Position numbers and translations under genes: made by a program. Source: Alistipes sp. (GTDB lineage: Bacteria > Bacteroidota > Bacteroidia > Bacteroidales > Rikenellaceae). Taken from it: DNA of 64,000 bases. Below the pieces are notes generated by a model. It searched no databases. It was not told where the DNA came from and saw only the letters and a list, made by a program, of their open reading frames with translations. Shown here piece by piece: positions 28,338 through 37,592 of the stretch. Every line of letters begins with the position of its first letter. Position 1 is the first letter of the stretch. The stretch spans positions 145,722-209,721 of the forward strand of contig JAFYQI010000002.1 of assembly GCA_017547175.1 (NCBI GenBank). The letters run 5' to 3'.

Positions 28338-31010
28338 ATGAAAAACATCCCCTATAACGAAATATGGTACACTACACGTAATCATGATGTTCTCAAGAGT
28401 TTTGATATGTATGTATTTGGCTCACAACTTTTATCTAATACATATGAGAAAGGAATGGGGGTATTACGATTTAACACAGATTTAACTATTATAGGGGAAT
28501 CTGCATTTTCTCTATGTAATGAATTAGTGACAGTGGAGCTACCCGACTCTATTACTAAAATTGATGTAGGAGCATTCTCCGCTTGTGAGAATTTGAAAGA
28601 ATTTAAAGTGCCAGATAGTGTCAAGGAGATAGGAGAATGCGCTTTTGGGCTATGTGTAAACTTGGAAAAATTCAGTGGTAAGTTTGCGTCAATAGATGGA
28701 TTGTGCCTTATTGTCAATGGTATTCTTAATCAGTTTGCCCTTGGATGTGGTTTGAAAGAATATACTATTCCAAACGATGTTAGAGAGATTGGATGGAGTG
28801 CGTTTTCAGATAGTGAGTTAACTAAAATTAATTTGCATGAAAATATAATTAAGATTTGTCATAGTGCATTTTGTGGTTGTCAAAATTTAACATATATCAA
28901 TATTCCTAATAGTATTACAACCATTGCGGATGTCGCTTTCCAAGATTGTATTAACCTCAAAAATATATTTATTCCTAAGACGGTTACCAATTTAGGAAGC
29001 GAGATATTTGAAGGTTGCAATAACATTTTGGTGAAATATGAGGATGAAAGTATTAAGATTTCAAAGGACAAGGGATTAAAACAACTTTTGGAAGAATACG
29101 TTGCTTTACAGAAAGATGTACCTAATGGTTGGATATATTCTGGTGATAAAACAGCAAAAATAATACATGTTCCCTATGGCGTTACATTGGTAAAATCAGA
29201 AGCATTTGAGGGTTGTGATAATGTTGAAGTTATACATTTACCACAAACCATTGAAGAAATAGAGGACGGAGCATTTACAGATTTGGACAACTTGTATCGC
29301 TTCGAGAGCGATTATGCCTCTCCTGATGGGAAATGTTTAATTATCAAAAATACCTTAGTTGGTTTTGCGGCAAAAGACATTGAGGAATATGAGCTCCCAA
29401 CAGGCTTTGCGAAGGTCGCTCCCATGGTTTTCTATAACAAAGAACAAATAAAAACAATCATCATCCCCGAAGGCGTTCTTTCTATAGGGGATGAAGCTTT
29501 TATGGGGTGCCTTAATCTATACCATATAAAGCTACCTTCGAGTCTTAATTTTATTGGTTACAAAACCTTTGCTGACTGCATCTCTCTAAGGAAGATAGTT
29601 GTACCTAATAGCGTTAAAGTAATTTGTGGTAATAATTTTCAAGGTTGCGAACATTTAGAAGAAGTAACATTATCTGACAACTTAATAGCCCCTAACGAAA
29701 GTCTCTTTGGCGGATGTAATAATCTAAAAAAACTTAAATGTAAATTTGGTTCAAAGGATGGCAGATGTTGTATTATCAATGGTGTATTAACAGACTATTT
29801 TGGTACACGCTCAATATCCGAATATGTTATTCCGAATGAGGTTGAAAGTATAGCAAAATTTGCATTCCGCCATGATGAGCACTTGCAAAAAATAATTATA
29901 CCCGCCTCTGTTACCCAAATTGATGATAATGCATTTTTCTCATGTAGTAAATTAAAATATGTAGAATTTGAAACAATAACCCCACCAATATTTGGTGAAA
30001 ACATATTTTCCCAAACTGCATTACTTGCGATTTATGTTCCTGACGAAGCTATTTCTGTATATGAAAAAGTATTTAAGAAAACTAAAGCCAACGCATGTGT
30101 TGTTGCAAAATCAAAAAGCAATAATTGGCTGAAAGAAGTTGCTTTTGGAGATGCATACAATAATGAAATATCAATGGAGGCTTTATGGAGTATTGGTGTT
30201 TGTTGCTACAAAGAAAGAAAAACAAAAGAGGCTTATGCTATTTTCGAGAAATTAATTGCTCGAGGGGAAAGCGATAGCTACCCTTACTCGATACTCATTG
30301 AGGCATATCGTAATCGTCAAGACATAGAAAACGAGAAAAGAATTCTTACTATGGCTTTAAAGAATCTGCCTAATAGAGGCAATTCTCACCACGAATACCA
30401 AAAACGCTTAAACACTTTATCTGCCAAAACTCAAGAATACAAATTACCCACAATTGCAGAGATTCCCCAAATTTCCATTAAGCATGGTGAATTATATGAA
30501 GAGGAACTATTTAAATTGCCTGAGTTTAATTTTTACACAGAGGGAAGTGGATTGCCTATCAGTTGGTATGAACGAGAAATCGTAATGCAACCAATCGGAG
30601 ATATAATAGACTACTTTAAAGAGCTTATCCATGAAGCAGAGTTAGCAACAAGCATTAAAGATTATCAAAAAGCAGCTTTCATATATGAGCAAATAATTGC
30701 TGAAAAATATTGGAAACCAGCCCCGTATGACAAATTGATATTAATATATTCCCGAGCAATGTTATTGGATGACGAAATTAGAGTTCTCAAATTAAGTATA
30801 GACCATTTTACTAAACTTAGAGCAAAACGACATCAGTATATTATGGCATTAGCGGAAAAATATAATGCTCTTGATTATATCGAAAAGAAAAAGAAAACAA
30901 CGGGGCGAATAAATTATTATTATGGATGGAAAGGAGATATTTGTCTATATGATTCATATCCTGCAATTGATAAATGGATAAAAAGACTCGAAAAGAAATT
31001 AAAGCAGTAA
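28338..31010 (+). CDS. cytoplasmic BspA-type LRR protein with C-terminal TPR-like helical domain
   Basis: No signal peptide or lipobox. About 590 aa of LRR_5 repeats (LPDSITKIDVGAFSACENL ...), then about 300 aa of helical repeats (EAYAIFEKLIARGE..., YQKAAFIYEQIIAEKY...). Confidence 0.8.
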   Translation: MKNIPYNEIWYTTRNHDVLKSFDMYVFGSQLLSNTYEKGMGVLRFNTDLTIIGESAFSLCNELVTVELPDSITKIDVGAFSACENLKEFKVPDSVKEIGECAFGLCVNLEKFSGKFASIDGLCLIVNGILNQFALGCGLKEYTIPNDVREIGWSAFSDSELTKINLHENIIKICHSAFCGCQNLTYINIPNSITTIADVAFQDCINLKNIFIPKTVTNLGSEIFEGCNNILVKYEDESIKISKDKGLKQLLEEYVALQKDVPNGWIYSGDKTAKIIHVPYGVTLVKSEAFEGCDNVEVIHLPQTIEEIEDGAFTDLDNLYRFESDYASPDGKCLIIKNTLVGFAAKDIEEYELPTGFAKVAPMVFYNKEQIKTIIIPEGVLSIGDEAFMGCLNLYHIKLPSSLNFIGYKTFADCISLRKIVVPNSVKVICGNNFQGCEHLEEVTLSDNLIAPNESLFGGCNNLKKLKCKFGSKDGRCCIINGVLTDYFGTRSISEYVIPNEVESIAKFAFRHDEHLQKIIIPASVTQIDDNAFFSCSKLKYVEFETITPPIFGENIFSQTALLAIYVPDEAISVYEKVFKKTKANACVVAKSKSNNWLKEVAFGDAYNNEISMEALWSIGVCCYKERKTKEAYAIFEKLIARGESDSYPYSILIEAYRNRQDIENEKRILTMALKNLPNRGNSHHEYQKRLNTLSAKTQEYKLPTIAEIPQISIKHGELYEEELFKLPEFNFYTEGSGLPISWYEREIVMQPIGDIIDYFKELIHEAELATSIKDYQKAAFIYEQIIAEKYWKPAPYDKLILIYSRAMLLDDEIRVLKLSIDHFTKLRAKRHQYIMALAEKYNALDYIEKKKKTTGRINYYYGWKGDICLYDSYPAIDKWIKRLEKKLKQ

Positions 31011-31032
31011 ATAACGCCTAAACATTAATATT

Positions 31033-32460
31033 ATGAAAGAACTAAGATGCCCAAAATGTGGCACATCATTTACTATAGATGAAGCAGACTATGCTTCTAT
31101 TCTAACTCAAGTCAGAAATGTAGAATTTGAAGAGGAGCTACAAAGAAGAACAGAAGAGGTTAATGCTCAACATGAAGTTGAGTTGGAGATAATTAAAGCC
31201 AAAAGCGATAAAGAATATGCCAATAAACTTGCGGAGAAAGCCCTCGAATCAAGTAAAAAGGACAATGAGATAGCAAAGCTCAATGAGCAAATCAACTCTT
31301 TAACTCTAACAAAGGATTTAGAGATTAAGAGTGAATTGGCAAAGAAAGATGCCGAGATTGCGAAATTGCATGAGCAGATTAATAACATTGCCCAAAGCAA
31401 GGAGTTAGAGTTTAGAAATGAGTTAGCACAAAAAGAAGAACAGATTTCTAAACTTAAAATAGACTTAACAGAAGCTGATGCCCATCTTAAGCTTGCGATT
31501 TTAGAAGAACAAAATCGTTCGAAGGAAGCAATAACTAATAAGGAAGCTGAAATTATTGAGTTGCGTAATATGGTTAAAACGGCTAAGAATGAAGCAATTA
31601 TTAGCGAAAATAACCTTAAGGATAAACACAAGGCAGAACTTCGAATAGCACAAGAACAGATAGAGTTTTATAGAGATTTAAAGAGTCGCATGTCTACCAA
31701 GATGGTCGGTGAAACATTAGAGGAGCACTGCCAAGTTGAATTTGAGCGTATGTTGCGTCCTCATTTGCCATTTGCGTATTTTGAGAAAGACAATGATGCG
31801 AGAGGAGGCAGTAAGGGGGATTTCATTTTTAGAGATTTTGATGACGGCGTAGAGTATGTATCTATAATGTTTGAAATGAAAAATGAATCTGATACAACTG
31901 CTACCAAACACAAAAATGAGGACTTTTTCAAGAAACTTGATGATGACAGGAAAGCTAAAAATTGCGAATATGCAGTTTTAGTATCGCTATTGGAAGCTAA
32001 TAGCGAGTTATATAATACAGGAATTGTTGATGTATCACATCGTTATGATAAGATGTATGTTGTACGCCCACAATTTTTCGTTCCTTTAATAACATTGCTT
32101 GTCAAAGCATCAAGAAAGAGTATTGAATACAAACGAGCGTTAGCAGTAGCCCAGAATCAGTCTGTTGATATAACAAATTTTGAAGAACGCCTGGCAGATT
32201 TTAAGGATAAGTTTGGTAGGAATTATCGTTTAGCAAGTGAGAAATTTCAGGTTGCAATCAAAGAGATTGACAACTCAATTGCTCATTTGCAAAAAATTAA
32301 GGATGCATTAATTGGTTCAGAGAATAATCTTCGTTTAGCAAATGACAAAGCAGAGGATTTGACAATTCGCAAATTAACTCATAAAAATCCGACAATGTCT
32401 CAAAAGTTCAAAGAAGAGAGAATGAGGAAAAGTGGAGATTATGAGATATTAGAAGATTGA
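31033..32460 (+). CDS. DUF2130 family protein (zinc ribbon, coiled-coil, PD-(D/E)xK-like C-terminus)
   Basis: [21 protein letters not shown]-terminus, long coiled-coil, GDFIFRDF...[10 protein letters not shown] nuclease-like motif. Confidence 0.75.
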   Translation: MKELRCPKCGTSFTIDEADYASILTQVRNVEFEEELQRRTEEVNAQHEVELEIIKAKSDKEYANKLAEKALESSKKDNEIAKLNEQINSLTLTKDLEIKSELAKKDAEIAKLHEQINNIAQSKELEFRNELAQKEEQISKLKIDLTEADAHLKLAILEEQNRSKEAITNKEAEIIELRNMVKTAKNEAIISENNLKDKHKAELRIAQEQIEFYRDLKSRMSTKMVGETLEEHCQVEFERMLRPHLPFAYFEKDNDARGGSKGDFIFRDFDDGVEYVSIMFEMKNESDTTATKHKNEDFFKKLDDDRKAKNCEYAVLVSLLEANSELYNTGIVDVSHRYDKMYVVRPQFFVPLITLLVKASRKSIEYKRALAVAQNQSVDITNFEERLADFKDKFGRNYRLASEKFQVAIKEIDNSIAHLQKIKDALIGSENNLRLANDKAEDLTIRKLTHKNPTMSQKFKEERMRKSGDYEILED

Positions 32461-32481
32461 TGAGTGATTTTTAAAATTAAC

Positions 32482-33213
32482 ATGTCACAAACTATGTATA
32501 ACGCTAATAAACTGTATGCGAACATTATTCCGCTATATCACATACATAGAGATAGTGCGTCATCTAATCACGCTATATTGAATTCGGAGAGGAGATGGGA
32601 GCAGTTTATTCCTACTAATTTCATATATGCATTTTTTACATTTAATACATTATATAATGTAGATTGGGAGCAGAGTTTAAAAATTGGACACAAGTGGATA
32701 ATTCTAAATAATAGAGGAGACCTATATGAGTTCGATAAAATCGAACAATATATTAACTTTTGTTGCAAGGAAGAAGAATTTCTTAAAATATATAAAGATT
32801 TTTTTAGAAAATATGTAACACATCGTTATCCATCATGTCAAGTTTTATCAGAACTACACAAAATACAGGTTGATAAACCTCTTTCTAATGGAAGGATACG
32901 GAAGAAGAGTATAGTTTCTTCTTTTCTCGATGCTTGTCATAATTTTCTAGAATACGACAATTTTGATAAACATTTTATAAAAGAAGTAGCAAGGTTCGTA
33001 TATTATATTCGATGTAATCTTTTTCATGGCGTAAAAACTATGGACATGCTTAACGACTCAGCTCAACAAATAAGATTAGAAATATATACATTGTTCATTA
33101 TAGCCATAAACCAAATGGTATTTTCTTACATTGAATACCTAAATGGGTGTGATATTAACAAAAGTTTCTCGGCACTAATTGATGTGCTGAAGTGGAAGAA
33201 TTGTGAGCTGTAA
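32482..33213 (+). CDS. hypothetical protein with HEPN-like Rx4H motif
   Basis: All-helical looking. FVYYIRCNLFHG carries R-x4-H. GTG 32464 is an alternative start, 4 nt after the upstream stop. Confidence 0.5.
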   Translation: MSQTMYNANKLYANIIPLYHIHRDSASSNHAILNSERRWEQFIPTNFIYAFFTFNTLYNVDWEQSLKIGHKWIILNNRGDLYEFDKIEQYINFCCKEEEFLKIYKDFFRKYVTHRYPSCQVLSELHKIQVDKPLSNGRIRKKSIVSSFLDACHNFLEYDNFDKHFIKEVARFVYYIRCNLFHGVKTMDMLNDSAQQIRLEIYTLFIIAINQMVFSYIEYLNGCDINKSFSALIDVLKWKNCEL

Positions 33214-33269
33214 AAGCATAAACTTGAAGAGAAAATAATTTGTAAAATTATCATCTTTTGGTGATAAAA

Positions 33270-34448
33270 ATGAAAGATAAAACAGCGTATAAAGCATTGG
33301 AAAGTATTGCCGAGGATATATCTCTATCAAGGCTTGCAAAGAGCATTGGTAAAGATAAGAGCTGGCTATATCACAAACTGAAGAATGATATTGTCAATGG
33401 AGTTGAATATCGTTTCAATGTTTCTGAGTATGCTTTATTGGCAGAGCGACTTCACAAACTTGCAGAGGATATACATAGATGTGCAGAAGAGTTGGATAGC
33501 GTAGTACAAGATGCCAACCGAACAGCAGGAAGGTATTATACAAATGAGAATGTATTTGAATATCCATTATTCAAAGAGTGGCTCAAACTTATACCTGAAT
33601 TGGAGAGAACAACCATATTAGAACCTTTTGCAGGAGAATGTTCCATACCAAAAATGCTTGAACAATATGGTTTTAAGTGGAAATGTTACGATATTGAAGG
33701 AGGAGATAATGTTGTTAAGAGAGATACAATAAGCAATTTCCCGAAAAATCATAGAGTTTGTATCACCAACCCTCCATATCTTGCGAAAAACTCTGCCACA
33801 AGACGAGGGTTGCAATACCCTGATTGTGAGTTTGACAACATTTATAAGTATTGTTTGAAGCTGATGTTGGATAATTGTCAGTATGTTGCTGCTATTATAC
33901 CTGATAGTTTTATTCAATCAGGATTGTTTACCGATAGATTATATGGGGTTATATCTCTTCCTGAAAAGGTTTTTGAGGATACAGAGTACCCCGTTTGCCT
34001 TGCGATGTTTTCTCCAAAGAAGAGTGCCGATTTTGCGATATGGCGTGGAGATACCTTTTTAGGTAGTTATAGAGAGCTATCTAAAACTGCACTTTTGGAG
34101 TATCGAGATGAGCGATGGGTGTTTAACGATGAGAATGGTAGTATTGGAGTAATATGCGCTGACGGCAACAAGAGTCGTATCCGATTTGTCAAGGGTGAGG
34201 AGATAGACAGCGAGATTAAGGAGAGTAGTAGATTTTTGGTGCGAGTATCAGGATTGCCTGATGATATAGACCGAGATACATTCATCGAGCGTTGCAACAC
34301 CATCTTGGAGCAATACCGAGAAATCACAAAGGATATTTTCCTCAACTCATTCAAAGGATTGAGAAGTGACGGAATGTATAGAAAGAGAATCCCGTTTAAG
34401 GTGATACGTTTGATATTGACTTATGCGTTGGAGCGGATGATAGTCTGA
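33270..34448 (+). CDS. N6-adenine DNA methyltransferase (motif I then motif IV order)
   Basis: ILEPFAGECS (motif I-like) and CITNPPYL (NPPY motif IV). N-terminal ~100 aa are HTH-like. Confidence 0.75.
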   Translation: MKDKTAYKALESIAEDISLSRLAKSIGKDKSWLYHKLKNDIVNGVEYRFNVSEYALLAERLHKLAEDIHRCAEELDSVVQDANRTAGRYYTNENVFEYPLFKEWLKLIPELERTTILEPFAGECSIPKMLEQYGFKWKCYDIEGGDNVVKRDTISNFPKNHRVCITNPPYLAKNSATRRGLQYPDCEFDNIYKYCLKLMLDNCQYVAAIIPDSFIQSGLFTDRLYGVISLPEKVFEDTEYPVCLAMFSPKKSADFAIWRGDTFLGSYRELSKTALLEYRDERWVFNDENGSIGVICADGNKSRIRFVKGEEIDSEIKESSRFLVRVSGLPDDIDRDTFIERCNTILEQYREITKDIFLNSFKGLRSDGMYRKRIPFKVIRLILTYALERMIV

Positions 34449-34538
34449 TAATTCTTTGAATAATACGAATACTAAAAACGGCAGACTCTCAAAAGGGTCT
34501 GCCGATTTTTCTGAATACACCGACAACTTGAATACACC

Positions 34539-35507
34539 CTAAATTAAAATTCCGAGTAAAATAGTTATCTCTATTAGAAGGTTTCTCAGGATTGTCTTAA
34601 TTGATTTAGGGTTATTATCAATCTTCTCTGCCAGTATGCGAAAAGGTTTCATTACCTTACTGATGTGAGTCTTGGGGGATAGGTGCTGGCGCAACAATGC
34701 CTCAACTTTAACTAAATCCCCACCGCAATGCTCCAGCAACAAAAGGTTTTTCAATTCAGAAAGGCTATGTCCAGTAGTAGCATCCCCAACCTCAACCAGT
34801 GCCTTATCCAACATAGACCAAATTGGATTAGCATCAGAGTCGAGCACTGAGTTAAGAGATGTATCAGGGATGTTTAATGCTCGTCTTAGTTGCTCCTTAG
34901 CGTTGAGGTTTAATTCAAATCGTACCTTATCCTTAAAGTAATCTTGCAACTTTTCCCTATCCGCTACGGTGTCCATAAATTTTCGGTTACTGGCACGTTG
35001 CAACTCAGCCTCCTTGTCATAAATGGTTAGACGCTGCTTGTAGGATTTGGTAACGACATTCTTTTCAATGATTAGGTTGTCATTGATATTACGAGTAAGA
35101 TATTTCTTGAAATTACATACACTTGCTCGTATAGCAGAAGATAATTCATTGCAGTTGGGATAATGAATATCTAATGCAACATCAGCCTTGACCACTTCGG
35201 CATCAGTCAAAATTTTATCAATATCTAAATTACAAAATCCTAATTGATTGATATGGTCTAAACATATATGAATGTTATTCTGATTAATTAGTTGAGGGTA
35301 ATCATCTCCGAGAATTTTACCAGTAAATTCTATTACTAATTCTCTTTCTATACAATCAATTTCTACATATAAAAGATATGGATTAGTAATAGTAATTTTA
35401 TATTCAGAAATACATCCATCTCTTAATATACATTTGAACTTAGAATAATCGAGTATCTCTACATAATCAATTTGAGATACAATTTTTAATTTATCAAATT
35501 TTATCAC
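34539..35507 (-). CDS. hypothetical protein, possible replication initiator (Rep_trans-like)
   Basis: QRLTIYDKEAEL resembles the conserved YDK block of replication initiation factors. Function is uncertain. Confidence 0.4.
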   Translation of the reverse strand: MIKFDKLKIVSQIDYVEILDYSKFKCILRDGCISEYKITITNPYLLYVEIDCIERELVIEFTGKILGDDYPQLINQNNIHICLDHINQLGFCNLDIDKILTDAEVVKADVALDIHYPNCNELSSAIRASVCNFKKYLTRNINDNLIIEKNVVTKSYKQRLTIYDKEAELQRASNRKFMDTVADREKLQDYFKDKVRFELNLNAKEQLRRALNIPDTSLNSVLDSDANPIWSMLDKALVEVGDATTGHSLSELKNLLLLEHCGGDLVKVEALLRQHLSPKTHISKVMKPFRILAEKIDNNPKSIKTILRNLLIEITILLGILI

Positions 35508-35767
35508 TTCTTCATATTTTTATTCTTTTTATTATTTATAATACTCCCCAGAAAACAAAAAACTTAACCTTGATAAGTGGTTATAACTTGACTTTTTCTA
35601 CATCCTATATATAATTATATGGGAATAGAATTATAAAGTCAATGAAAAGTTGGTTGAGATGTGTCCTTATTGTAAATTTCGGGGTTAGGAATAAGATACC
35701 TAAGATTCCAAATGCGCATCAAATCATCTTGAAATTCTTTCGAAAACAGAACATCAAGGGGTACAGA

Positions 35768-35800
35768 AGCGAGAATCGAAAGATTCTCGCTTTTTGTTTT
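35768..35800 (+). terminator. orphan rho-independent terminator
   Basis: AGCGAGAATC-GAAA-GATTCTCGCT followed by TTTTGTTTT. No credible plus-strand CDS lies upstream. Confidence 0.5.
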
Positions 35801-36001
35801 ATTGTCTCAAATGGCAGTTGGTAGTAGAGCATATGACGCTCCGACGCAATATAGGCGGTTGATGTTTTGGGTGCAAGTTCCCTACGTCACCGACTATATG
35901 GCATCTGCCGTTGTCAATATACCACCAACCGAGCACCACCCCATGGTGCTACTCACAAAATGCAGGTTGCATGGATGTAATACGCTATTTTTCGCCTATT
36001 A

Positions 36002-36019
36002 TTGACAAACGTATGTCAA
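36002..36019. promoter_or_regulatory. palindrome TTGACA-N6-TGTCAA upstream of the WYL gene
   Basis: Perfect 6-bp arms. The same TGACA half-site recurs at 37052-37078 and 37160-37178. Confidence 0.4.
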
Positions 36020-36045
36020 AAGTGGTACGTGTATCCACTTTTTTT
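36018..36045 (+). terminator. hairpin plus T-tract (AAAAGTGG ... CCACTTTT TTT)
   Basis: 8-bp stem with a 9-nt loop and a T run. Confidence 0.4.
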
Positions 36046-36098
36046 GTAGTCGCAGGCACTTTTACCCGTTTTGAGCATATACTCTCTACAAAATTTCT

Positions 36099-36106
36099 TA
36101 TTTTTG
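36099..36106 (+). promoter_or_regulatory. Bacteroidota -7 box TATTTTTG for the WYL gene
   Basis: Matches TAnnTTTG, 37 nt upstream of ATG 36143. Confidence 0.4.
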
Positions 36107-36142
36107 TAGAAAATAGACCCTTTGGAATTGCAACGAAAAGCT

Positions 36143-37051
36143 ATGGATCAGCCGAAAATTGAGCGTGTGCTGCGTCTGATGAAGATGATGACGGGCAACA
36201 ACAACTACACCGTGGAGGATATGGCCGAGCGACTCGGTATCTCCTATCGGTCGGTGTATCGTTACATCGAGACCTTTAAGGAGGCCGGATTCGTTGTGCA
36301 ACGCAAAGAGGGCGGCATCTATAAACTCGGTAAGGAGAGCCGCTACTTCAAGGATATCTCGCAGCTCATCCACTTTACCGATGAGGAGGCTCACATGGTC
36401 AACCAACTCATCGAGGGTCTGGACAATACCAATATGCTCAAGCAGAACCTCCGCAAAAAACTCACGGCTATCTATAACTGCACTTCGCTTGCCGATAGTG
36501 TGGTCGAAGGCAAGAACGCAATTAATGTCAATCGCGTAATAGAGGCCATCAACGACCAAAAACAGGTCATTCTTCGCAGCTATGCATCATCACATACGGG
36601 CGTAGTTCGCGACCGCCTGGTTGAGCCGTTTGGTTTTACGACCAACTATGTGCAGATCTGGTGTTATGAGCCGGAATCGGGACTCAACAAACTCTTTAAT
36701 GCGGCCCGTGTAGGAGCAGTAGAGGTGCTGAACGATGATTGGAAGTTTGCCGACAAACATCACGAAGGCTACATCGACATCTTCCGCATTACGGGCTTTG
36801 AGCAGAAATGCGTGCAGCTGGAGTTGGGCGTAATGGCGCACAACCTCTTGATCGAAGAGTATCCGTTGGCAACTCGCGACCTCACACCGATCGACGACTC
36901 ACATTGGCTACTCGACACGATGGTCTGCAACTATGTCGGCATTGGTCGTTTCGTAATGGGACTCTCGGAGGATATCAAGATACTCACTCCCGAGTTCAAT
37001 GAATATATAGAGACTACAATTAATCGCTTACATAGCAATTATCATCGTTAG
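36143..37051 (+). CDS. WYL-domain transcriptional regulator (HTH + WYL)
   Basis: IERVLRLMKMMTGNNNYTVEDMAERLGISYRSVYRYIETFKEAGF is an HTH_11-type N-terminus. The central region (RDRLVEPFGFTTNYVQIWCY) is WYL-like. Confidence 0.8.
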   Translation: MDQPKIERVLRLMKMMTGNNNYTVEDMAERLGISYRSVYRYIETFKEAGFVVQRKEGGIYKLGKESRYFKDISQLIHFTDEEAHMVNQLIEGLDNTNMLKQNLRKKLTAIYNCTSLADSVVEGKNAINVNRVIEAINDQKQVILRSYASSHTGVVRDRLVEPFGFTTNYVQIWCYEPESGLNKLFNAARVGAVEVLNDDWKFADKHHEGYIDIFRITGFEQKCVQLELGVMAHNLLIEEYPLATRDLTPIDDSHWLLDTMVCNYVGIGRFVMGLSEDIKILTPEFNEYIETTINRLHSNYHR

Positions 37052-37094
37052 AATTGTCATTGACAGAAATTGACAATTTAGGCTCATACCTTTG
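37052..37094 (+). repeat. operator/promoter-like repeat, copy 1
   Basis: AATTGTCA-TTGACAGAAAT-TGACAATT inverted repeat. The unit CATTGACAGAAATTGACAATT...TACCTTTG (37058-37094) starts 6 nt after the WYL stop. Confidence 0.6.
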
Positions 37095-37095
37095 T

Positions 37096-37125
37096 CCCTG
37101 CGATCAGATGGTTGCAGGGATTTTT
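37096..37125 (+). terminator. terminator of the WYL gene
   Basis: CCCTGC-GATCAGATGGTT-GCAGGG followed by ATTTTTG. Confidence 0.6.
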
Positions 37126-37157
37126 GTTTACATAGTCTAATTTAACAAAAATATATC

Positions 37158-37194
37158 CATTGACAGAAATTGACAATTCGCACCAGTACCTTTG
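37158..37194 (+). promoter_or_regulatory. operator/promoter-like repeat, copy 2, with -7 box TACCTTTG
   Basis: CATTGACAGAAATTGACAATT is identical to copy 1 and offset by exactly 100 bp. TACCTTTG at 37187-37194 matches TAnnTTTG. Confidence 0.6.
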
Positions 37195-37198
37195 CAGT

Positions 37199-37573
37199 AT
37201 GAAAACAACTAAAAACAATACAATTATGGAACACAACACTATTGACAAGCATTTGGGCAATTTCAACATTGCGGGTTTTACATTTTGGGATGGATATGAG
37301 GCATTTGGAGATCTTAAAGTCGGCACTTCCTTGCATCTGGTACGAGAGGCGGATAACAAGTTCGATCCTTATGCGGTGGCTATTTACTATAAGGATACCA
37401 AGCTTGGTTTCATTCCTCGTGGCGAGAATCAGCTGGTAGCGCAGTTTATGGATCTTGGCTACAATATGATCTTTGATCTCCGCGTGCAGCGTATCTGTCC
37501 AGACGCACACCCAGAAAAGCAAGTGGGGGTAATGCTCCGTCTTAAGGAGGCAAATAAGGTGTTTAATAAATAA
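37199..37573 (+). CDS. HIRAN domain protein
   Basis: FNIAGFTFWDGYEAFGDLKVGTSLHLVREADNKFDPYAVAIYYKDTKLGFIPRGEN matches the HIRAN pattern. ATG 37199 lies 4 nt after the -7 box (leaderless?); alternative ATG at 37226. Confidence 0.7.
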   Translation: MKTTKNNTIMEHNTIDKHLGNFNIAGFTFWDGYEAFGDLKVGTSLHLVREADNKFDPYAVAIYYKDTKLGFIPRGENQLVAQFMDLGYNMIFDLRVQRICPDAHPEKQVGVMLRLKEANKVFNK

Positions 37574-37592
37574 TATGTAGGAGGCATAGATT

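Larger units (their letters stand above)
24030..35800. mobile_element. AT-rich integrated element at the tRNA-Lys 3' end (right boundary uncertain)
   Basis: Abrupt drop in GC at the tRNA. Two serine recombinases, small MGE-type ORFs, a Rep-like gene. No relaxase, conjugation or virion genes seen. Confidence 0.5.

Noticed and set aside
24030-35800. Prophage interpretation of the AT-rich element
   Set aside because: No terminase, portal, capsid, tail or lysis genes are present. The content (recombinases, Rep-like gene, cargo operon) fits a small integrative plasmid-like element better.
35642-36005. Track ORFs 35642-35824 and 35802-36005 as genes
   Set aside because: They are short, with no start context and odd composition. 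They overlap hairpin-terminator structures. The region is treated as non-coding and flagged as a possible RNA or origin region instead.
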